Below are positions 37,540 through 44,322 of a stretch of DNA of 64,000 nucleotides, one piece after another (position 1 is the stretch's first letter; each line of letters begins with the position of its first letter). The stretch lies in assembly GCA_964605635.1 (NCBI GenBank), contig CAZSDL010000001.1, positions 3,944 through 67,943 of the forward strand, in the 5' to 3' direction. The DNA is from an uncultured Woeseiaceae bacterium. GTDB lineage: Bacteria > Pseudomonadota > Gammaproteobacteria > Steroidobacterales > Woeseiaceae. The notes under the pieces are model-generated. The model made no database searches. It was given only the letters and a program-made list of their open reading frames with translations, and was not told the origin of the DNA. Made by a program: the position numbers and the translations under genes.

Positions 37540-38172
37540 TCAATGCGGTTTCGTACGTCGCCAGTATTGCAGGAGTATGAAGCCGAACAGCATGCCACCA
37601 AGGTGCGCAAAGTTGGCGATACCGGGCGCGCGCCCGCTGACTCCGAGATACAGCTCAAGCAAGCCGTACAGAAGCACAAAGTACTTCGCCTTCATCGGTA
37701 TCGGCGGGATCAGCAATACAACCGTCCGATTCGGAAACGCCATAGCGTAGGCGAGCAGAATGCCGAAGACGCCGCCAGACGCACCAATGGTGGGATAAAC
37801 TCCTCCCTGCAGTTTCGCCACAATCAACTGCACGATTCCGGCGCCAATAATGCAGGTCAGGTAATAGATCAGGAAGCGCTGCGCGCCCATCAGGCGCTCC
37901 AGGTCTCTGCCGAACATCCACAGGCCAAACATGTTGAAAAGGATATGCGTCAGACCCCTCGTGTCGTGCAGAAAACCATACGTGAGCAACTGCCAGGGCC
38001 TGAACTCGGGAAACGGCGACGCGAGCGGCCATAGCTGGAACCATATCTGCATGAGCGCCGGCTGCAGATGCTGCGCGGCGTACGCCAGCCCGTTGCAAAT
38101 GAGCAGTGCGAATATAACGTTGGGTATGAGGCTGGTGTCTTGCGGCTGCCGTCGCTGCGCAAATTGATTCAA
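37540..38172 (-). CDS. rhomboid-family intramembrane serine protease
   Basis: 210 aa with about 6 TM helices. Contains HILFNMFGLWMFG, the catalytic GASGGVFG motif and the downstream His in FAHLGGMLFG. Confidence 0.85.
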   Translation of the reverse strand: MNQFAQRRQPQDTSLIPNVIFALLICNGLAYAAQHLQPALMQIWFQLWPLASPFPEFRPWQLLTYGFLHDTRGLTHILFNMFGLWMFGRDLERLMGAQRFLIYYLTCIIGAGIVQLIVAKLQGGVYPTIGASGGVFGILLAYAMAFPNRTVVLLIPPIPMKAKYFVLLYGLLELYLGVSGRAPGIANFAHLGGMLFGFILLQYWRRTKPH

Positions 38173-38235
38173 TGCTTTAGGTATCCCGTCGAGTGAGTCG
38201 CCCAGCTCCGGATGTTACGCTGCAGTGGCGCCTTG

Positions 38236-39936
38236 CTACCATCCGCCGCCGCCCCCGCCTCCACCACCACCGCCCGAAGAACCTCCGCCGCCCCCGCCGG
38301 ATGACGATCCTGGCGCCGACACGGACGAGCTGATGGCGCTGCCCAGGCCGCTGCTCAGAGAAGATGTGGCCGAACTGAGGTTCAAGCCACTCCATGAACC
38401 GCTGTACCACGAGGGATGATACGGACTGCCGTCCGGAGAGCGCAAACCGGCAAGAATTCGGGCGAATCGCTCGCTCCACTCCTGCTCTACGCCCAGCGCA
38501 AGCGCAAACGGCAGGTAACTTTCAAACAAGGCCGGCGTCTTTTCCGGTGGATTCCGCAGGTTCAGCTCGTCTTTTTCCGCGATCTGCAGAAAATCCTTGA
38601 AACCCTCCATCTCATCGAGAATCTTGCGGCCGAGTCCGGTCGGTTGTTTCATCAGGACGGCAAATACGAAGATCATAACGACCATTGCGGCAATAACCAC
38701 GAAAACCAGCGGCGACGGCCCGCTTCCGACATTCAATGCGACAATGGCAACCACAACCGTAAGTAGTATGCCCGGCAGATTCATCGCGCCGTTTGTTCGA
38801 AAATAGCGATTTGCGTAGTCACGCTTCAGTGATGCCCGATGCAGTGACCGGGCGCGCCCCAGAATCTCATGATTCTTGTTATCGAGAACGATGTCGGATC
38901 CGCCGGAAAAAAGTGCTGACAACAACGCTTTCTCACCCGCCGCGAGCGGTGCGCGAGTCCCGGGAGTTTCCTGCCGCTGCAAAGTATGTTTTTTACCTGA
39001 CTTTTCGATACGCAGATAGCCTTTTACTGCCAGACTGATGATGGCTGCCGTCATGGCCTTGTCGTCGTAGCGCATTTGCCTGATGTATCTCAACGATGCC
39101 GGGGAAAGGTCACGCGGTGGTTCATAGCGAGTGACAATCGGGCCTTTCTCGGGATCACGACCAAAGTGGTGCCATACCGGAATGTAGTAGGCGAAGAGCC
39201 CGAGCAATCCGGCCAGGGCGACCAGTAAATTGGCATTGTCGGACAACAGCCAGGCAATCCTGGTTGCGCGTCCCGGCTCCTCAATGTAGCCCTTGGGCCA
39301 GCCAACAACGATCGTGAGGCCTTGCTGCGGCGCCAGAGGGCGAGTGGTATCGAATCGGGCGCGACCACTCGTATCCGCTTGCGCCGTAAAATCGCTACCC
39401 CGCTCGCCGGAGCCGCCGGTGTACCCGTCAAGGTCGAACATATCCAACGGTACATCGAATTCGAACCAGACCGCCGCCGAGGCCGCATCGATAGTAAAGT
39501 CCCAGCCGAGACCGGTGACGTTCCAGTAAAGCTCGTCATGGTTGTCGAAGAAACCAAGCATGCGCCCGGCGTTGTAGCGATAGGTATAGGTGTAATCACC
39601 CGGACTCAGCAGCCTGTCGGCCGCACCGAAGTAGGTTCGAACGCCGTTTTGTCGTGATTCCGAATGAAAGTCTTCCGGTAAGCCGTCGCGCGACACCGAT
39701 ATCGGCTCGTATTCGACCTGCACATCGTTGCCCAACCGATCCTTGTAGCGCGTCGGATAGTCGCGATAGATACCTCGCCGGATCTGCCGGCCCTCCGCCC
39801 GAACCTTGATGGTTTCAGTCACTTCCATCGTACCGTCCTGGCGAACCAGAATGTCGCTGTGATAGTCGAGAATGCGCTCATCGGCCGCTGCGACGCAGGT
39901 AAGCAAGAGAATCCAAGCAAGCGAATAACGCATCAT
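38236..39936 (-). CDS. DUF2207-family membrane protein with a C-terminal poly-Gly/Ser tail
   Basis: A signal peptide is followed by ILDYHSDILVRQDGTMEVTETIKV...RGIYRDYPTRY, the typical DUF2207 N-domain. Central TM helices are present and the tail ends SSGGGGGGSSGGGGGGGGGGGW. It overlaps lemA by 4 nt. Confidence 0.8.
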   Translation of the reverse strand: MMRYSLAWILLLTCVAAADERILDYHSDILVRQDGTMEVTETIKVRAEGRQIRRGIYRDYPTRYKDRLGNDVQVEYEPISVSRDGLPEDFHSESRQNGVRTYFGAADRLLSPGDYTYTYRYNAGRMLGFFDNHDELYWNVTGLGWDFTIDAASAAVWFEFDVPLDMFDLDGYTGGSGERGSDFTAQADTSGRARFDTTRPLAPQQGLTIVVGWPKGYIEEPGRATRIAWLLSDNANLLVALAGLLGLFAYYIPVWHHFGRDPEKGPIVTRYEPPRDLSPASLRYIRQMRYDDKAMTAAIISLAVKGYLRIEKSGKKHTLQRQETPGTRAPLAAGEKALLSALFSGGSDIVLDNKNHEILGRARSLHRASLKRDYANRYFRTNGAMNLPGILLTVVVAIVALNVGSGPSPLVFVVIAAMVVMIFVFAVLMKQPTGLGRKILDEMEGFKDFLQIAEKDELNLRNPPEKTPALFESYLPFALALGVEQEWSERFARILAGLRSPDGSPYHPSWYSGSWSGLNLSSATSSLSSGLGSAISSSVSAPGSSSGGGGGGSSGGGGGGGGGGGW

Positions 39937-40493
39937 TCGACCGTGCCGAACTTCACAAGTGGCACGGCTGCGGCGTCGTCGGACGTCTTCTGAAAGAAGC
40001 TGCTTTTCTCGAAACTGAACCAGCCGGCGATGACATTGTGCGGCACCGATTCGATTCTCGTGTTGTACTCACGTACGGAACCATTATAGAAGCGCCGCGC
40101 AAACTGCAGATAGTTTTCGCTTTCGACCAGCTCCGCCTGCAGTTTCAGGAAATTCTCACTGGCCTTAAGATCCGGGTACTGCTCGGCAAGCGCCAGCAAT
40201 CGCTGCACGCCGCTGCTCAACGCTTCTTCGGTATCGCCGAGCTTTTCGACATCCGTGGTCTTCATGGCCTCGGCGCGCAAAGCCGTGATAGCCTCGATCG
40301 TCGCACGTTCGTACTTTGCATACTGGTCGACGGCCTTGACCAGTTGCGGAATGAGATCGTGGCGGCGCTGCAGTTGCACGTCAATGTCGCTCCACGCTCC
40401 AGCTACTCGATTGCGATCGCGTACCAGCCGGTTGTACAGAACCGCGACGACAACGACTAGTGCGACCGCGGCGCTCACAAGTACGGCAAGCAT
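39933..40493 (-). CDS. lemA: LemA family protein
   Basis: An N-terminal TM helix is followed by YNRLVRDRNRVAGAWSDIDVQLQRRHDLIPQLV...FYNGSVREYNTRIESVP. Confidence 0.9.
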   Translation of the reverse strand: MLAVLVSAAVALVVVVAVLYNRLVRDRNRVAGAWSDIDVQLQRRHDLIPQLVKAVDQYAKYERATIEAITALRAEAMKTTDVEKLGDTEEALSSGVQRLLALAEQYPDLKASENFLKLQAELVESENYLQFARRFYNGSVREYNTRIESVPHNVIAGWFSFEKSSFFQKTSDDAAAVPLVKFGTVE

Positions 40494-40494
40494 G

Positions 40495-40953
40495 TCAGGC
40501 GCCGTTAACGTGGATTGTCACATTGTCTCCAACGGACACCCGACCACCCTGCAGAATGCTGCAACTCACTCCGCCGCGCCAGTCGGGCTTCAGGGCTTCA
40601 GTCAGGCCGGGGCATTGCTCGTCCATGCGTGAGCATGGCTCGAGTTCTCCCGTGATCATTAACCGAACGGCGCCTATGTGCAGCTCAGCGCCGGGCTGCG
40701 GCGGCAGCTCCAGGCCGTCGATGAGCAGATTGGCACGCCGGGTCGTCCAGGCAACGTCGCGCTGCAGCTCGGCGCATGCTGCCCGCCACGCTGCTGCGGA
40801 AACCACGGAGACCTGGCGATCGCCGGGCTTGCCGCGAAAATCTGCGGCAACGCCTGTGCCGGAAGAAATATCCGCTGTTTCGAGCGTTTGCATCGGCGCT
40901 CTTTTTTTATCGCGCCTCGCGATACCCGCCAGTCGACCCGCTTCACTTGCCAT
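40495..40953 (-). CDS. MOSC domain protein
   Basis: 152 aa from ATG 40953. Contains RQVSVVS..., ANLLIDGL and the conserved Cys in GELEPCSRMDE. Confidence 0.8.
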   Translation of the reverse strand: MASEAGRLAGIARRDKKRAPMQTLETADISSGTGVAADFRGKPGDRQVSVVSAAAWRAACAELQRDVAWTTRRANLLIDGLELPPQPGAELHIGAVRLMITGELEPCSRMDEQCPGLTEALKPDWRGGVSCSILQGGRVSVGDNVTIHVNGA

Positions 40954-41061
40954 CGGACGCTCCCCCCGTTCAGTCGCGGCATTGTACCGGTAAAAACGGA
41001 GCGCGAACCCCTGGTCACCCGGCAAGCGGCTAGCGGCGGATCGCCCCCCGGCTGGCGCTGA

Positions 41062-41265
41062 TCAGTCCTTCAGGACAAATGTGACTTTGAGGGTAACGCG
41101 AAACTCGTCGATTTCACCGCCCTTGATGGTTACTTTCTGCTCCGAAACCCATGCGCCCTGTACTTTGTCAACGGTCTTCGAAAACCGCTTGATCCCCTGC
41201 TTTATCGCATCTTCAAAGCTTTTCGACGACGACGACGTGATTTCCGATACCTTGGCTACGCTCAT
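41062..41265 (-). CDS. dodecin-family flavin-binding protein
   Basis: 67 aa. MSVAKVSEITSSSSKSFEDAIKQGIKRFSKTVDKVQGAWV...FRVTLKVTFVLKD matches the dodecin pattern. GGAGAA is the RBS before ATG 41265. Confidence 0.8.
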   Translation of the reverse strand: MSVAKVSEITSSSSKSFEDAIKQGIKRFSKTVDKVQGAWVSEQKVTIKGGEIDEFRVTLKVTFVLKD

Positions 41266-41393
41266 GTGTTGATTCTCCAAATGTCGGTCTTCAGTTTGCA
41301 AAACGCAATCTGAATTTGAACATTCAAGGATACAGTGTGAAGGAGCCGGGGAACAACCGGTAAGAGCGGCGCGAGGCGACGGATTGAGCTTCG

Positions 41394-42548
41394 TCAGTAC
41401 CAGATAGAGAAAAACAGCTGCACGATATCGGCTTCAAGGGCATACAGCGGCTCTTCACCGACCAACGCGTCCGCCCTCAGGTCGCGAAAGTCGTGATAAT
41501 CCACGGTCAGTAGATCGATGGAAAAATTCACCGAGGCACGATCTATAAAACGCCAGCCACTGCTCAGGAACTCATAACTCGCCGCCAGCTTGATCGTCTG
41601 GCTGGTCAGTGGGCCCATTTCCTTGTCACGGCCACGAAAGCTGGTAGCTTCCGAGCGGGAAAACAGGTCCTGGTAGAAGTGCGCACCGGTCTGGTCGTGC
41701 CAGCGGTACTTGACGGTAAACGTCCAGTCGTCCAACGGGTGGATATAGGAGATCGCCGCGGTGTGCGACTCGATGTCCCAGGTATCCGTAAAGTACCGGT
41801 ACTCGGTCTGCACGGCGGCGCGGTATGGCAGGAAGTACCTGGCACGCAGGCCCACCGCGTTACTTGTCCGCGTGTTCGGATACAACTCCGGCTCGAAACT
41901 GTAGCCAACGGGGCTATCCGGATCCGCGTAACGCACTGAACGATAGGGGTTGTTGAGGAAACCTTCGTCAGTGATGGTTTCAACGTTGAGGGTCGTAATC
42001 AGATTGCGCGTCAAAATCTGCGTCAGGCCAATGCCGTAGTGCTGCCGGGTATTGTCGCGAGCAAACGTTTCATCGTCGGAACGCCCGACTACGTCGTCGC
42101 CGAGCGCATAGGTCAGCGTCAGGGTAGTAAGGTCACCGAACATGTCCTGGCTTACCGAGAAGCTGTAGGTGGTCGCGTCGAAATCGCTTTCGACACTGCT
42201 GGTATATGCCACACTCAAGGTGGTATTGCGATGCAAGTAGTCCATGCCCAAGGACCATTGTTTGCGTTCTTCGGTATACGGACTGGCGGTTGTAACTACA
42301 TCGATTGATGCAGAAGTGACCATGTCCACGTAGTAGTTGCCAACGAGCGAAATGTTCTGGGCAACCTGCTTTCTCACCAGCAGAGACGGGCCATCGATCG
42401 TCACGCCGCCACCGTCGTAAAGATGATAGAGGATATCGCTGCGATCGTCCGGCAGCACTCCCGCGACACTCGCGTGCGTCAATGCCAGCAGAAGGACGCT
42501 CGCAAAAACAGTACGCATCAATCCGGATTTCAAGCACAAGTTCTGCAT
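41394..42548 (-). CDS. DUF3570-like outer-membrane beta-barrel protein
   Basis: Signal peptide present (the start may be ATG 42518, MRTVFASVLLLALTHASVAG). Contains YVDMVTSASIDVVTTAS, and the beta-strand-rich body ends in an aromatic C-terminus FFSIWY. Confidence 0.65.
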   Translation of the reverse strand: MQNLCLKSGLMRTVFASVLLLALTHASVAGVLPDDRSDILYHLYDGGGVTIDGPSLLVRKQVAQNISLVGNYYVDMVTSASIDVVTTASPYTEERKQWSLGMDYLHRNTTLSVAYTSSVESDFDATTYSFSVSQDMFGDLTTLTLTYALGDDVVGRSDDETFARDNTRQHYGIGLTQILTRNLITTLNVETITDEGFLNNPYRSVRYADPDSPVGYSFEPELYPNTRTSNAVGLRARYFLPYRAAVQTEYRYFTDTWDIESHTAAISYIHPLDDWTFTVKYRWHDQTGAHFYQDLFSRSEATSFRGRDKEMGPLTSQTIKLAASYEFLSSGWRFIDRASVNFSIDLLTVDYHDFRDLRADALVGEEPLYALEADIVQLFFSIWY

Positions 42549-42572
42549 CAGGCTTTACTCAACGCCTGCAAT

Positions 42573-42809
42573 TCAATTGCAGCCGCAGCCTCCTCCGGCA
42601 CTGCCTTCTCCGCCTCTGGCTCCCTCACGGGCTTCATACACGTGATGCAGATAGGCGCTCGACACCGGGTCGCCGTCAAGAAACATAATGGGATCAGCCA
42701 GGCGATCGCGATCATAAGGCTTCACCCACGGTTCAACGCTGCTGCAAGCCGACAAAAAGCCCAGCAACGCCAGCGAAGCCAGTATCCGTGATATAGATCG
42801 TGCTTTCAT
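42573..42809 (-). CDS. DUF4266-like small lipoprotein
   Basis: Lipobox LSAC. Contains KPYDRDRLADPIMFLDGDP and ends with the family-typical GGGCGCN. GAGGAGA is the RBS before ATG 42809. Confidence 0.7.
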   Translation of the reverse strand: MKARSISRILASLALLGFLSACSSVEPWVKPYDRDRLADPIMFLDGDPVSSAYLHHVYEAREGARGGEGSAGGGCGCN

Positions 42810-42868
42810 CGCAAGTCTCCTCGATGGAATTTTGCGCAACTTCCAGCGCCGGAAGCGTGACCCCTGCC

Positions 42869-43558
42869 TCAGAAAAACACTGTCAGGCCAAGAACGCCTT
42901 CGAGATTGTGTACGGTCTTTTCCTCGCCGAGCAGGTCCGTGTCGAACAGATGATCGCGAACGTCGAGGTGCAGCGCGATGGAGTCTGTCAGGAGGAAGCG
43001 GAATCCGGCGCCGAAGTTCACTGTAAAACGGTCGTCGCCACCGAAAGTGGTTGAGCCGAGCCCGCCGGTTATATAGAGACTGGTGTTATAGGCCCGACCC
43101 GCGCCGATAAACACTTCGCCGGGAAGCAGGTTGTAACCGAGATTCAGGTTGTAATAGGTAAATTGCCGATCGCTGTCCGACAGTATTGGCGCCCCGCCGC
43201 TCAGCACCTCAAAGCTTGTCAGGCCGGCATCGGACTGCCCGACAGTGCCTTCGACAAAGAGCCCTTCGGTAATGTGATACGCAAGGCGCGCACCGTAGAC
43301 GACATCCGAGCCGAAGTCTTCGATACTGAGAATGCCGGCGAACACACCGACTTCGAAGTTCTCGGTATCAATTTTCGGTTCGCGAACCTCACGCCGTTCG
43401 ACTTGAGGATCGATCACCTGCTCCGGTGTCGGCGCCTCGACGGGCGCCGGAGTCGCTTCATCATTACCGATACCAAACAGGTTCTTTGTCGCCGCACAGC
43501 CCGCCAGGCTCAACGCCATTGGCAGTACTAAAAAAAGAACGCGAAACCGACTTTCCAT
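42869..43558 (-). CDS. outer-membrane beta-barrel lipoprotein
   Basis: Lipobox LSLAGC, then a Pro/Glu-rich linker and an approximately 8-strand barrel-like body ending ...VLGLTVFF. Confidence 0.65.
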   Translation of the reverse strand: MESRFRVLFLVLPMALSLAGCAATKNLFGIGNDEATPAPVEAPTPEQVIDPQVERREVREPKIDTENFEVGVFAGILSIEDFGSDVVYGARLAYHITEGLFVEGTVGQSDAGLTSFEVLSGGAPILSDSDRQFTYYNLNLGYNLLPGEVFIGAGRAYNTSLYITGGLGSTTFGGDDRFTVNFGAGFRFLLTDSIALHLDVRDHLFDTDLLGEEKTVHNLEGVLGLTVFF

Positions 43559-44322
43559 TCTTCTACTTCCTCGTTGTCATCACGACTCGTGAACACCACG
43601 TAACTTTTGTACTCTGCCCTCAGGATAAATCGCCTTGTCGCGTAGATGCGAAGTCCTGCACCGACGTGGCCAACCTGGTCGGTTCGATCATCGCCCTGCA
43701 CTATCGTCGATTTCGGCCGGGTATGGATCACTCCGGTGCCGAGCGTGAAAAAAGGCGAAATGCGCCATTCGGGCCATGTTTCGTGGACGACGTTAACACT
43801 GCCCATCCAGCCATTCGAAAAATTTCCCAGAATCTGTGAACCCCATGCCTCGAAAGAGACGTTCGGGTTGAGTGAGTACCTGCCATAGACCGAAATGATG
43901 TTGGCGCCACCGAAGTCTCCGGCCATTACGCCGGCCTCCCAGCGTGACTCGAGGAGATCTTCCTGACCGGCTGCGGCGAACTCGACGCTTGCGCCATCGG
44001 GCTTCAGGGTGAGTTCGAGTTGTGCGCGATCAACCCAGCCTTCGGCGCTCCCGGCGTCGCGAACGAGGAACCAGTCGGTGCGCCGTTTCATAATCTCGAC
44101 GGTCTCACCGCGGTCGACTACATGGAACTTGGGATAGCCCCGACCGGGACCCGTATGCATTTCCAGATAGGGGTCCGCCACCGCAACAGTGAGATATCGA
44201 TCCGCGGCCCCGGCAGGTCCGGCTGCAAGCATCTGGCTCAGTACAATGAGCAAGAGTGCCAGTGCTGCCGAGTTAGTTATTCGGGACGTCGAATGGATTG
44301 TTGTAATACTGGGCACCGACAT
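43528..44322 (-). CDS. SH3-domain / outer-membrane beta-barrel fusion protein
   Basis: Signal peptide, then a bacterial SH3-like segment (MHTGPGRGYPKFHVVDRGETVEIMKRRTDWFLVRDAGSAEGWVDRAQL), then a barrel-like body ending WKVGFAFFF. The start is uncertain because ATG 44322 overlaps the upstream gene by 50 nt. Confidence 0.65.
   Translation of the reverse strand: MSVPSITTIHSTSRITNSAALALLLIVLSQMLAAGPAGAADRYLTVAVADPYLEMHTGPGRGYPKFHVVDRGETVEIMKRRTDWFLVRDAGSAEGWVDRAQLELTLKPDGASVEFAAAGQEDLLESRWEAGVMAGDFGGANIISVYGRYSLNPNVSFEAWGSQILGNFSNGWMGSVNVVHETWPEWRISPFFTLGTGVIHTRPKSTIVQGDDRTDQVGHVGAGLRIYATRRFILRAEYKSYVVFTSRDDNEEVEEWKVGFAFFF

Noticed and set aside
38236-38300. DUF2207 glycine tail as a GlyGly-CTERM sorting signal for the adjacent rhomboid (rhombosortase system)
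   Set aside because: A GlyGly-CTERM signal needs a TM helix and a basic cluster after the Gly-Gly. Here the protein simply ends in ...GGGW.
38225-38419. Plus-strand ORF encoding PPPPPPPPPPPEEPPPPPPDDDP
   Set aside because: It is the reverse complement of the poly-Gly/Ser tail of the DUF2207 gene and is not an independent gene.
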